A DNA stretch of 63,043 nt, counting the filler, from Reticulomyxa filosa (taxonomy: Eukaryota; Protista; Foraminifera): assembly GCA_000512085.1 (NCBI GenBank). It is 13 parts of 13 records of this genome, joined end to end, with 100 filler letters (N's around TTAATTAATTAA, not from the genome) between each part and the next. Parts side by side here need not be neighbours in the genome. Positions count along the whole stretch, not along the records: positions 1 to 21,317 come from ASPP01036675.1; positions 21,418 to 29,069 come from ASPP01021231.1; 11 more parts are not named here. One strand, given 5' to 3'. The stretch's first letter is position 1. Each line of letters starts with the position of its first letter. A program made the position numbers and the translations under genes. The notes below the pieces were generated by a model. That model saw nothing but the letters and a program-made list of their open reading frames with translations, was not told where the DNA came from and made no database searches. Shown in pieces: positions 14,406 through 27,997 of the stretch.

Positions 14406-17400
14406 CTAAGAGGATACCATAAACCATTCGTTTCTGCACTGCGCTGCTAACTTTCTAACATTTTTTTTTGGATCGTCGAGACTTTTGGCCAAGTATTTAA
14501 TGACCTCGGGTTTAAATGAGGATATGACATTATAGGATAGCCTTGTCATACATGTGAGACACTTTAAAGCACTTTTCCGGGTTGTTTCACTGTGTGTGCT
14601 ACTGCTCAATTTGACTAACGCAGGAATTATGGCATTTGCATATGTTTCAATCAACTCTTGAGGACTCTTTTCACCATTTCTTTCTTCATCTTGCACCTTT
14701 TCATCACTTGCGAGATTGTTCAATAACAAAATTTCAAAACATAACAGCGTGGAAGCCTGCAAAGAAATTAAATCGCATGTCAAGGATTTGACAATTGGAG
14801 GCAAAAGCTATTTCCAAACAGCAAGCAATGCGATATAATGTTATAAAGTATTATTTTGGTTGGATTTCTATCTCAACAGAAAGTGAAATTGTGGCATACC
14901 TTGCGCAGATAATTACCAATAACAGCAGCTGGAACATATCGGAGTAGGTAGGATAATGCTAACAAAGGATAAATATTTTTATTGTTGGAGTTCTTTTCAT
15001 TAGAGCTAATGTCAGTTTCATTTAATGGTAATATTAATTTTAAAATTTCATCAAAAAATTTTTGTCTGTAGAAGATCTATTCTCCACCACGACCAACAAT
15101 TGATGTGACAACAACAAACATAGTGCAATTTGTTTATCTATTTTATATTTATTGATATAACTGAGAGTTTGGCGTGTGTCGATTTATTCAGTACAAATTG
15201 TGAATCTTGCATGATTGTTTGAAAACCATCAGCCACTCTGTAGCACATATGTCGTTTTTGTGCCGTGTTTTTGGCAAAGAACTGTGAAAAAGTCGTTTGG
15301 ATAATGAGACACAAAGCTAACAGATTACATTTGGCCAGTGTGGAATTTTTCCGTGTCTTGGCGTAGCAGTTGACACAAATATTGACAGATTTGAACCATG
15401 CAATTATCGTGGCATCTCATTGCAAGTCCTTTGACCAACCAAATGATATACTTGAGATCTTTGTAGCTGTGCCATTCAGATTCAGCCATTTTCTTAAGAG
15501 TTGGGATTAAATAGTCATTTACCAACGGATTAATCACAGTCTTTGTATCTGATTTGTTGACAATCGCTGCTAAACATTGCATCGATACATCAGTGCACTC
15601 CTTGTTGCTGTCATCATCCGACAGAATTTGTTTTTGCATTGTCTCAATCCAATGTAATTCGATTTTGGATCTTTCCAACTGTTTATTTCAAATATTTATT
15701 TCGTTGTTAGTTATATGTTTGTCTTTATTTTGTGTTTTCTTTCTTATGGACATGTGGTATGGATCACTTTCTCTGTACTATTGCTTACAAACAAAAAACT
15801 TAACAACAGATGGCGATAACGACGCAACAACGGCGAGAAACAAAGTACGTTGACGAAAAGATTTGACAAACATGTCTTGCTTTTCAAGAAGTTGAGTGGC
15901 GATTTTAGTAACCATTCCATCTTGAGTTAGCGCGATAATACGAGAAATCACATAAGCCAAACGCAGGTTTTTAGTCCACACAATAGATTCCATTTTCGAA
16001 TCGTGTTCATTTTTTTGTATTGTTTGTAAGCTTTTAAACAGCCATGTGTCCAACCACAGTTGTGATGTTTCGTCGCTCATGTATCCAGCGCATTTTTTGT
16101 TGTCACAAAGCGTATCCTAACCGAGTCAGCGAACACGTGTTCATTATATATTGTGTTAATGTCTTCATGTGCAAGAGAATAAAAGAATATTTAAAAAAAA
16201 AACATACACATAATCCAATAAGCATTTGCAATCCTCGTGAATCCATAGTTTGATACAAGGGAATAGAAATATGTTTCAAGACGATGTTGAAGATTTGTTT
16301 ATCAGTGACGGCAACAGGCACAACAGCCTCCATGAATTGTAAGAGCATGTCTTCGCTTTTTCCATGTTGAAAGCGATCCCACAGCACGGCGACATAGGTA
16401 TCAGAAAGCAAAAGGGCATTTGCTGTACCAATTTTGAATAAAGCTCCAAAGAGAATTTCTTTCAATTGCTCCAATTTCATCGGTTCAAAGACTTGCTTTA
16501 CGACTTTGGTTTGAATATCCTCCATTGCAACGTCCACGTCATTACTACTGGATTTCTTCGCAAAATATTTGTAATAAACATTACATAACAACGTTGCAAG
16601 CACCTGAACTTGGTCGTCAGATAAGACTTGACGTTTTACATCCAATACGCTCGAGACAGCAATGATCGCCATACTTTTTAAGTCCAAATTCTTTGTGATT
16701 ATTAGTGACACAAACAAAAATACAATCACATATTCGATTCAATCAACAACAACAACAAAAAAAATGATTGGATGGTAACACACTCAACAGTGGAGTCATT
16801 GTCAATGATTGAGATAAAAAAATCAAACATTGGATTCAAATAGCTTTGCATTTGAAGCAGTTGCTGTTGTTGAATGGATGAGTCTTCAATGAACAAGTCG
16901 TGCAACAACGTCCACATGTTTGTGAGCAACTCGACAATGGCCTCTTTTGGTGAATCACTGCTGATGTCTTTCTGATGATACTTTGTGAAAATGAGAGTCC
17001 AAAAGCGTTTCATCAAACATAGAAAAGCAATGTGATGGCAGGCCGCACATGTGGCAATGATTTTTCCAAACAGCCGCGCCATTTTAGCATCTGGAATTTT
17101 TAATTCGTTTTCCCCGTCCATCAACAATGGCTCGACAAATGACGTCCACCCAATGCAGTTCACATTTTCGATCCACAGTTTCTCATTTTCATCCCTTCCA
17201 TTTGTCGATTGTGTTGATGTTTCTCCATCTGCCTTGTATACACACAAACAAAGGCAAAGACATAAGCCTCTAGTGTATTTCACAACACACAACATATAAA
17301 TGTATCGCAAAAAAAAAAAAAAAAAAAGACCTTTTTGTCGACAAATCATTTGCATAATGACTTTCATAACGTGCAAACATTCATCCAAAACGTATGTATT

Positions 17401-18608
17401 GGTGTCACTAAAATTGCCAAACAATATTTGGGATTTCATCAATTCATACAACTGTCTTAGATAGGATTGGATGATTGTCAATCCATAACATTCCAAGCAC
17501 TCCCTTAAGCACGTCAACATGTCGAAATGCTGTTTGTCATTTTCGGGCTCTTGCAGTTTTTCCAAAATCAATGGCAATGCATAACTGCTCAACAGCGAAT
17601 GAGATTTGAAGCATTCGCACAAGGCATCTCTCAAGTGATCACTAGTGATGCCATGAGTGTCATTCGCCGGAGGTGTAAAGTCAATTGGATAGTAAACCGA
17701 TATTACATCAAACAGTTCCTTGTTTTATTCATTTTCGTTTCAAAAAAAAAAAACAACTATCAAAGGATAAACCATCAATTTTTTCTTTTTTTTAAAAAAA
17801 AAAAAAAAAATGTTTAACTTCAACGTTGTTTTGAATTTGCTGCGAATCAAATACACAACAAACGTGTTTAAACAATACGAAACATAGCATAAGGTTTCTG
17901 GGATCTTTTTCGCCATCCATGAATCGGATAAATGTCGCAATGAATATATTTCCATCCGACAGTCCCTTTGTACACACTTCTCTGTAGGTTTCGTCTTCCA
18001 ACCAACATAACAGCAATTCGAAAATGCAATGTCTTATTTCCTGACCCTGTCCTTGCAGATTTTGTACTTTTTGACACACTTCACTTAGGATCGAGCGCAC
18101 ATGCTCGCTTTTAAAACTCTCCTTGTGATGTTTGAACAAATAGCATATAGCCAATAATACTTCTCCTTCGCATCTGTTGTTTGGTGTTATTGGCTCTGCT
18201 GTGGCATTTGTATTCTCTCTTTTCCTTCCTTTTCTTCAAAGAAAGATCCTTAACACGTAGTCTTGCATTCTTTGACTAAAAAAGTTATCAAATGCTCCAT
18301 CGCTTGTGAATTCAATGGCAGAGTCGGTAGCCTTTCGATCACTCGTGCTAGTGCTAGCGTTCCACGCTGTCTCTTGATGGCAGTGGTTGTGGTCAGATAT
18401 GGCCCCAGGTCCCCAAGGAATTTTTCAATGGACTTGTTAGCATTGACCTCTGTTGTAAGTTTTTGAAAGACGTGTTGAATTGGAAAAGACAAATTCTTTT
18501 TAGTCAACTTAGCAAGATCGTATTCAATGCTGTAATGTGATCATCTTTGCGTTTAAGGTCACAAAATATCTCCAATGCTTCTTCCATAGACTGTTCAAAA
18601 TTCAACAT
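14406..18608 (-). CDS. MMS19: MMS19 cytosolic Fe-S assembly targeting factor (HEAT repeats, multi-exon)
   Basis: Diagnostic GEKDPRNLM motif, LGPYLT..T.IKRQRG N-terminus, YALPLILEKL, and C-terminal VIKYLAKSLDDPKKNVRKLAAQCRNEWF. ATG at 18608 inferred. Confidence 0.93.
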
Positions 18609-19029
18609 AATTTTTTACAGATTAGATATCGTTCTTAAAAATTCTTTCAGGTTTAATCCTTTGGCACTAGCACCTGACAAGCGCAGTTATACTAAACACT
18701 ATCGAGCCTTTCAGCACAGCAAAAGCGGGAAAAAAATAAATTTTTCTACTTCATTATTTCAATTTACTGAAAAAGTTGCTTTTTTTGAATGTTATTAGAG
18801 TTGGAACTGTCAAAATACTTCAACATATTTGAAGATTTGAAGTTTATTTTGAAATATTGTGGAAAATTTTGTCTGTAATTTTCAACGGAAAATTTCCACA
18901 AAGTTATTAGATCAAGCAAGAATTCTTATAACTGGACATCGTTGGAGTTATTGAGAACATAGTGGACATTGAAACTACTTATGGATCTATTGGAGTAGTG
19001 TTGAAAAATTTGATTGGATCTTCGAATTA

Positions 19030-20990
19030 TATGGACATCGATTCGAATGAAAACGACGAAATCAGCAATAATGGCACACAAAAGAACATGACAAAGAATT
19101 CCAACACTATTGAACGATTGTCTGTTTAAACAACGTATGTAATTATATGCAAGAAATGACGTATATCAAAGATTGTGGAGAAATAACGTAATTTGGGTAT
19201 ATTTGCCAGTAAAAAGGCGAAATGGTGGAACATCATTCGAAAAATTCAACAATCTCTCTAGTGAAAGCGACAACGATGAAAAAAGAAAGAATAAATGAAA
19301 TTGAAAAATTCAAAAAATTAACAAGAAAACACTAAGCTAATATTAACGTGAGAATATACAACATGGTGATTACACCAGTAAATGGAAGATGTCTGAAAAC
19401 TAATTCGGATATACTAAACTTTCTTTGTTGCAATCAGAACCAAATCGACAAGAAAATCGAAGCACATTCGCTATAAATGAACTGTAGAACGGTTTTGCGC
19501 ATTTCCAGCTGAAATGCAACGTTAAAAACTGTAAGCATAACGGAATATTTCAACAAGAATACTCTAAAAGACTGTGATAAAATCTCAATAAATTACAACA
19601 TCTTCCAGAGCAACTATGTCGAGCAAGTGAATAGCAAATATCATTAAGAAATGAAAAATACAAATATCAATCGATGTGTATTGACTCCAACGAAACAATA
19701 TCAAATGCTCAACAAGCGATCAAAGACAATTGATAAAATTTTCTGAAAATAGAACGATTTAAATGATTGATTGTGTTGAAGTTGATTTAGCAATTGGCAG
19801 AAGTGAAAAAGGTTATCAAAGATAATTTATTTGTAGGATACATAAAGACCAAGTGCGATCTGTTTCGAAGTTAGCATCGAATGCACTTCAAACAATGCAA
19901 AAATACAACTGTCTCACTACGACGTAAAAGATTACATGAAAAAAAATTCTATACAAATTCTGTTGTCTTGTTAATCAAAAAGTCAGAATTGCAGAAATAA
20001 GATTAACACTAAATGAAATCATGAAATTGCTAGTGAGAAATAAACAACAATTCAATGTTATAAATGCCACAACAAATGTACCACAATTGGAACAGATTAA
20101 ATGATTAATTATATATTAATATTACAAAACAACATTAACTATTTCTATTCTAAACAGCACAAATTTGAACAAAATTTCAAGGATAAGCAACCACATGTTT
20201 GTATGTCTCAAGAAGGATTTCGATTGTACAAGAAGAAGGACATCGATTATCAGTTTAAATTTCTCTTTAATCACAAATGTAGTGAAACATGAATAATATG
20301 GATATTGCGTAGAAGGGACTTCCACTTAACTCAGATAGTTTTTATTTGAGAACAAATGACTATCAATTTGATGTTGGTTCTGATCACATTCAATATACTG
20401 TCTACTTTGTCGTAATCTAAAATAGAAAGACATAAAATCTAAAATTAGAATCTGTCAAGTGAAAACTTTGGACTGTTCTGAAGTCGATTGGCGACAAATA
20501 TCAACACTTGGAATGAGCATAGTTTAGAGGAAGCAAGTCTTGGTGGATCAACAAATTATATCAACAAAGATACAAAGTCCAAAGTTGAAAAGAAAGTTCA
20601 TAAAACATCGAACGCAAGCAAACTTTACAAACTACAAGAAAGCAGCACAAAACTTCGAATAAGTCTACGACAAAAGAAACATGAATACATTGTGAAAAAT
20701 GTCGATTCGGTGCAAGAAGGCAATACAAGAAAGTTGTTCTCCAAATTTCGATAAATCAACTCCAACAAAATATCTATTACCCAACATTAGTCGGCACACT
20801 AACAAACAAGATTGCACACAACAAGTATTCAAGACAATCAATCGTCCTTCTATCGAATATGCATGTGCATTTTGGAATGGTGCAGCGGGAGTTTATAAAA
20901 GTGTATTGTAAATGATCTAAAGAATTGCAATTTGCAGGATTTTTGGAGTAATGCATACGACTGTGTATGTTCAATTTGGACGTGATACTT
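19030..20990 (+). mobile_element. Heavily decayed, internally deleted LINE copy
   Basis: HFKQCK at ~19884 matches the ORF1 knuckle lead-in of the 3200-3568 copy. LILQNNINYFYSK...QEGFR (20101-20292) matches its APE start. VFKTINRPSIEYACAFW (20699-20911) is the post-RT LINE motif. Confidence 0.75.
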
Positions 20991-21317
20991 TGTTTTTCAA
21001 CTTGAAGACATTCGCAAAAAAAAAATGTACTGACAATACAATCTGATTAGCACTTGATACGTAAATAACATTAGATTTCATTTATTATATTATTATAATA
21101 GCTACAACTCTGCAATATGCGATTAACAAATGAGACTGTTTTACTTGAATTGTTTTGATTGATGATTTTCATTTTATTATTTTTAAAGGCAAATTGTTGT
21201 GATGTTTCTTTTGCTTTGTGTGTTTGAAAACAGCGCTTCTTTTTTCCATTATGCGTGCTATGTCCTTTAGTGATAAGGCTGTCAACGATATTTCGCATTG
21301 TTTCTTCAAAAAAAATA

Positions 21318-21417
21318 NNNNNNNNNNNNNNNNNNNNNNNNNNNNNNNNNNNNNNNNNNNNTTAATTAATTAANNNNNNNNNNNNNNNNNNNNNNNNNNN
21401 NNNNNNNNNNNNNNNNN
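21318..21417. other. Artificial assembly linker (44 N + TTAATTAATTAA + 44 N)
   Basis: Identical 100-bp linker with a six-frame stop core, seen 12 times. Confidence 0.98.
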
Positions 21418-21426
21418 TTATTTTAA

Positions 21427-21504
21427 AAAAAATATCTACAAATCTTGTAGTTATTAAAAAACAAATTTCATATTTAAAAACTACAAGATTTGTAGATATT
21501 TTTT
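21427..21504. repeat. Perfect 26-bp inverted repeat
   Basis: AAAAAATATCTACAAATCTTGTAGTT (21427-21452) is the exact reverse complement of 21479-21504. Confidence 0.9.
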
Positions 21505-21659
21505 AAAAAAAAAATTAGGTCTAAATGTTGATTTTTCATGGAGAAAATCAATTATCATCATAGAATATCGTTTTATGCGTTCAGTTTTCTTTGCAACTTA
21601 CTGTAGATCAATAAGTATATAGCAAACTAATAAAATAGTTTAAATATTTCAAACATGTA

Positions 21660-22261
21660 CAACTCTGGCAAGAGCCATTCCACATCATATACAGTGTAAA
21701 ATTTTCGTCATATGGTACCAAAATTGTTCCAGCATCTAAGGACAAAACAATTAAAATATGGTATATTGCTTCAAAGAAATTGATTCAAGTATTGAGAGGA
21801 CATACAAATACTATTAATGATGCACAATTTCACCTGATAAAACAATGGTTGTATCCTGATCAAGCGACACATTCATTCGGTTGTTGAATATAAATTCAGG
21901 ACAAGAAATTAAGAAATTACTTGGTCATTCGGGCAATGTAACCAGTGTACAATTTTCATCATGTGGTGATTTGATTGTATCAAGTTCATCGGATAAAATT
22001 GTCCGAATATGGAATGTCCAATCTGGTGAGCAAATCAAAAAAATAGAAACATTTCTTGGACAAGTGGAGCATGCACAATTTTCATCCGATAATCAACAAA
22101 TTGCATCTGTATCCAGTGGTTCCAAAATTACAATTTATGATATACAATCAGAACAAATATCATACGAGTTGAAAGGATATAGAACCATTTTAAATAAAAT
22201 AAAATTCTCACCAGATGGATTGTCAATTATCTCTTATTCAAGTCGTCTTCAAGATAAGTAA
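21660..22261 (+). pseudogene. WD40-repeat gene remnant
   Basis: ASKDKTIKIW..., LRGHTNTINDAQF, LLGHSGNVTSVQFSSCGDLIVSSSSDKIVRIWN. Frameshift near 21830 and in-frame TGA near 21857. Confidence 0.75.
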
Positions 22262-23215
22262 TGAAAATAAATAATCTTAACTTTCCAATGGTTTGCCCCA
22301 AAAAATGAAACAAACAAAGTTGTAACTTCACAATTTTGTTGCAGATAATCGTGTTTTTGATAGCACTGTTATAAGTGTTTTCAAATTTTATTAAATTATC
22401 GAGAAGAGACTTTATCAACATTTCATTTACTATTTGATCATCTTTTCAAATTACAAGAAGTTCAAAGTTTAAAATTCTGAGTAAAATCTGTCAAAGTAAC
22501 TACGATCAATACATTATATTTTGTTAATGTTTTTTACACACTAAAAATTTATACTAAATTAGAAAATTCATGAACTTTTGTTCATTTAATAAAAAAATTA
22601 TTCATTACTAAAACATTATCTATGGCACATTACCTGTAACATTATGCAAACTAAAAAACCATAAACATCTATAAATTACTTTTACTTGTACAAACAGCAA
22701 AAAACTTGTGGATTTTTGTGTCGTGGCTATCCAATTTTTGTGTGAACAGAAAAAGCAAGACATTTTTATGGATTTTTTCCTTGTGAAATGTTGTGGTCAA
22801 AAAGGGATGCACAAGTTTTATTATTGTGGCCAAAATAGATAGTGACAGCCTCCCCTTTGATTGTGAATCTACAATAATTAGGAGAGTTAAAAAAAAACAA
22901 AAATTGGCCACAGAAACGCCCACTGATGTCTAGACTAAAGAGTAGAAACAAAGAAATAGGGGAAAAAAAAGTACAAAATAAATGTGAAAGATAACAGAAC
23001 AAAATAAACAGTAACTCCACGACAACGAAAACGGAACAAAACAAAACTATATCTTTTAATTTGTATAAAGTTGGATTATCACAAAATTCAATGTATAGTT
23101 TTTTGTTTGAACGAGAAAAATAGTAATAGAAATTAGGAGAGGAGTGATAGAAGGAAAAAAAAAAAGGTGGTGGTAAGAAGTTCAGCACGCAGCGTGCCAT
23201 AAGCATAGGAGCACG

Positions 23216-24121
23216 TTATACGTTTTTGGCACAAACAGCAACAGCGACAATAATTCCTAAAGCAGTGCAAAACGTGGAGACCAACAACGACCGCGATAAT
23301 TTTTCCGAAGATTCAGGGATCAGTTCAGTGCACACAATGTAGGTCATGGCACCACTGGCGAGACTGAATCCGAATGGCAGCAAATGTTCAAAGGTCTGCA
23401 TAAACATAAAGCTGGGGATTGCCATTAGCGGCTGGGGAATGTTTGACACTATGCTAAACAGCGACGCCGTCCACACATTCATTCCGCGAGACATTAGCAA
23501 AAGTGACGTTGCGATACCTTCTGGAATATTGTGTATCGCTAGTGATATTACCACGAGTAATCCGATGCTTCCATGTTCACTTTGGGCTGATACACCAACG
23601 GAGATCTTCCATGTGTCCAAAGGGGGGAGGGAAAAAAAAAATTTTAAAAATGTGTTTTCAATAATTAAAAAAAAAAAGGGGGTTATAAATGTTCATAAAA
23701 AAAAAAGGATGTACACATCACACAAACCAAGATTAACTCCTTCTCCAAGAGAATGTAATGACATGGACAAAATAATTAACAGTGCCTTGGATGCATTTGC
23801 CCCCTTCAACCCCGCAAACTCAAAATCGTGAACGTCCGTGACCAAGTAGCCAATGCAATAGATCAGCAGGGCGCCTATCAACGCGTAGATCAATCCGTAC
23901 ATCAATGTGCAGTGCTCCAAGGCCTCCATAAATAACACCACACTGCAGCCAGTCATCAGCCCTGCTGCAAATATGATGCAAAAACCCATTATGTGTGGCG
24001 GCAATTCCCCAATAAAGTACAGTGGAAATCCACCCAATCCACTTGTCAACGCCGCTATGAACGCTTTCAAAAATAATGACTGCAACGGAGACAACGCTCC
24101 TGTTGTTGAGGTTTGCAGCAT
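23216..24121 (-). CDS. ZIP family (ZupT/GufA-like) zinc/metal transporter
   Basis: SLHSLGEG|ISVGVS joined by GT-AG intron 23606-23737; second motif LAIHNIPEGIA; multiple TM segments. Start codon uncertain. Confidence 0.9.
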
Positions 24122-24505
24122 CTCCAAATTTTCACTTTCGGAGTGTGCAAACCTATTATATCTTGTATACTTGTCATTTTTATCTTCCTGTGATTTACTT
24201 TTTATGATTTAAAATATATTCAAACTCATTATCTTCATAAAAACATTCAGACTCTGGGAGTCAAGTATATTGCTTTCAAATTGGGATATTAGTCATTTAA
24301 AGTAGATTAAATTATAGCCAAAATTTTAACTATTTAATCACTTCTGTGCAACTTTGAGATATTGCTTGTACACGCGTTTGAGAATAAAATATATTTACTC
24401 AAAAAAGATAATTTTAAATAAACTTGAAATTTGTTAGATAAAAAGAAAATAAATGTCACAGACTCGAAAGTGAAAAGTAAGGCGGAGAGTGTAAATTATT
24501 GAGGT

Positions 24506-27006
24506 CTATTTTGTGTTTGTGACAAACTTCTCAAAGGCAGACCAAATTTCGCTGGAGTTTGTGGAGTAATTGTCTACTTCTGACGTACTAACAAAATTTG
24601 ATAAAGCTGTTTGTGCTGAGATCTTGACAAAAATTTGGCCTAGCTTAACGCTGTGATTAGCACAGTCTTTGACGATCTGCAGATCTTCAACGTGTGTCAA
24701 GGTTTGCAAAGAAGTCAAATCAACCTGTAATACGCCAACATTCTGAAATTTGTCTTCATCTTCTGCAGTATGTTTGTTTCTGAGCACACTCAAATATACA
24801 AACAATGGAGCCAGCTGTTCTACCGACCAAAAACTTTGTTCGCGCAGAATTACGTTTACAAATACTTTATCTTGTGAGTGAATATCAAAGCGTGAACTAC
24901 TGTAGTTGTGATTAAACAAACGAAAGTGCAACATACACTTTCTGTCGACATACGCACTACATTTCCCCCTCAAATTGCGCAACCTATTGACAATTAACAC
25001 AAAAAGGAGTTGATTTGTACTGGCTCCAACACTTTATCACTACTTGTGCAGGGACAAGATTGGCCGAAGTGGATGTATTTGGTAAAAAAAGACACTGAAA
25101 AGAAAAATATGTCAATCTCAAAAAAGTAATTTATTTTTTTTTTTTTTGCCTTCGAGTGGTATTGCGATGTAATAAACTAGCACAAGATTTTCCAAAAAAT
25201 GATTGTTTATCGGACTTATATTGGAAGCTTTTTTTTTTCAATGTTTTGAGCAGAATTAACAAAGCTTTCAATTTTATTTTCAGAGAATATTTCCCACTCC
25301 AACCCTCCAAACTTGTGATCGACATGTGCGAAAAAATAGAGGTATGTCGAGTCGCTACAAAACTGAGAAAATTCAAAAATGATAACATTTTGATAATTGC
25401 TTACGCCATCTCGGGAGAGACTGTCGATACTTTGAACTATTTCCAAAGAGGGAGTACCTTGCACTTTGGCATGTTTATTCCCATTGTGATAAAACTTTGC
25501 TTTGTCCATCCTTCCTTCCTCCTTTTTCTTTTCTTCATCTTTTGTCGGCTTGTTCTCTTTCGCATGAAGTTGCGCTAGAATTTGTGAGTCTTTGCCTAAA
25601 CACTCCTGGAGTAAGGATACGTCAGATTTGTCCGTGCATTTGCACACTACGTATTCGCATACATCATTGTCATCGTCGTTGTCGTTGTTGTCGTTGGGAT
25701 GTTTGGATTGCAATGCCAAAATAGACTTGAACGTAATGTGGAAAGGACTTTGCGAGGTGTTTGATGTTTCGGCTTGAATTTCAGTGGCATTTTGTAACAC
25801 TTGCAGCAATTCATTCGCGGAAAGCTTGTCCTCCGCATTCCACAAGAAGCACATGCGCAGGAACTCATTGACGACCGGATGAGGGAGCAGCGCGTCCAAG
25901 CAATCGTCGCCACGTGCAAGATCTTTGGACCGGGACGTACTCATCATTTTGCGATTGAGCTTTTTTTCCAAACGTTTCAAATTCAATTTCCATTTACTCC
26001 ACGGCAAAGATTGCAAATCTGGATAACCCAATATCTGTGCAAATGAAGACATGGGATAGATGTATACGTGGGAGTCACACAACTTTTTGTTTTTTGTCAA
26101 AAATCTGAAACCAAACTTCAAACATGGCACATAGCTGATCGGTAAAGCTATCTTGATCGTCGCCATTGTCGTTGCCACTTGCAAACAATGGCAGTCCATA
26201 GAACAACTCGGCCACACAGCAACCAAACGACCAAATGTCATTATACGTACTTTCTCTCATTCCGATTGGCTTTTGTGCAAACAGCACGGTTGGAGAACAG
26301 TAATAGCGAAATTGTTTGCTCCATAGACTTGTCAGCAATGCACAACGCTCTGTTTTCTCGTCTTCCAAAAACAGCCATGCCGGCATTTTCAATAACACTT
26401 TTCTGTTGTTTCGGTGCGAGATATAAATATTTTGAGGGATCAAATGCTCATAGCTCCGTCCATTTTCATGAAACCAATGCAAGGTCGTCAATATGCTGCT
26501 TGTGAAGGTGTACAAATCCAAATCCAATATCTCGGATGCTATTATTTCACTCTCGCTGTGACTGCTAAAAAGAATTACGTCTCGCAAATTGTAATGAGAG
26601 ACATTTTCGACTATCACCAGTGCCTCGCTTTTTTTTTTTTTTTGCAAAGTCAGCAAAATATCGTCAAACAATACTATCTTTATTCAACAAAAATTGTTTT
26701 TCTGGAGGAAAAACTGCTCAGATTGATAGGGGAATATCCGAGAGTTGAACAAATCAATAGCTGTTGTGAAATGACGAATGGCTTGAATAAACCGTTTTGT
26801 GTTCTCAAAGTATTCTTTCTTGGAAGCGTTTGTCGGCTTTTTTATTGTTGTAATCTCAACCACTTCTTTGCTTGACTTTATTATTCCTTTGAAAATTCTC
26901 AAATTCGCAGACTGATACACGTTTTCCGTCACCTCATATTGAAACATTTTTTGGTCACGTTTATAGTTAGCAATTTTAAAAAGCAGAAACACGAACTTTT
27001 GGCCAT
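24506..27006 (-). CDS. CMGC/DYRK-like pseudokinase with long C-terminal extension (multi-exon)
   Basis: C-lobe motifs NDIWSFGCCVAELFYGLPLF, DQL..MFE|ILGYP and FLRMCFLWNAEDKLSANELLQ are present. VAIK reads VEIT, HRD reads YEH, and no DFG is seen. Exon boundaries partly inferred. Confidence 0.65.
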
Positions 27007-27997
27007 AAATGGAGCTCAGTAACGTTATTTTGAGTGTGAATGGAACAACTTTTTTTTCACTGGAATGGATACAAGTCCATTCGTAGAATTAATGAACAAT
27101 GGAGTTGCATTGTCACCCAACGCTTTTAAACGTTGTTGCTATAAAATAAGGAGGACGGACAACAACTTGCGAGTTGTGTTAAACTTTATCAACATGTTAA
27201 AGGGTTACGCGAAAACGTTTTTGTTGTGTTCTGTAGGCAAACCTTTGGAACCTGGAAAATGTGGGGTTTTATTGCACTTGAACTTTTGCCATAACTGTTG
27301 TCTCGCCAAGTGAATTGAGTGGAGAACAAAAGGAACAATGAAAGCGCATAGGCATTCAAGTTAGTTTGTCTTATGCTCAATATTAAAGAAATTTATTGTG
27401 GTAACGTTGTAACAGTGCGTGGAAAATGGAAGAAGAAGAGAATGAGAAAAAGAAAAAGACAGAGAAAAGCCAGAAAGGGATAAATGAAAACCCCAAGTAA
27501 TCGATTTATATTTCTGCGTATGCAATCACCCCTTTTCATATATTTGTTTGTTTTTGCAGGAGTCCCGACGTTGCGCAAGACGAAAACATGGTTGCAATTG
27601 TTTTCTTCAATGAATGTGAATTTTTCCGTTTTATGGCTTCTCATTCAAGTTCGGACCAAACATATGTTTGGTTCCACAGAAATTTCACATATTTCTTTAA
27701 CTCAAGTGGGTCAATAGTCAGGGTTTCATAACGATCTCACTTTTTGCAAAAAAATTTTTTTATGACAATTTTTGGAAAAATGTATAAAGAAGCCTCAGTA
27801 CGGCCCGAAACATTAAAGACCCAAGCTTTTGGCTCACTTCTTGTTTTGTTACGTGTTGTATTTTTGTTGTTAAATCAGTACCTTCAGACATAATGAAGAT
27901 TAAATTGGGGTAATAGAAAACATCAGTGACATATCAGAACCGTCTACCACTTAAAAAAAATTCAACCCCTATTTCTTTTTTATTTTTAGGACTCGCG

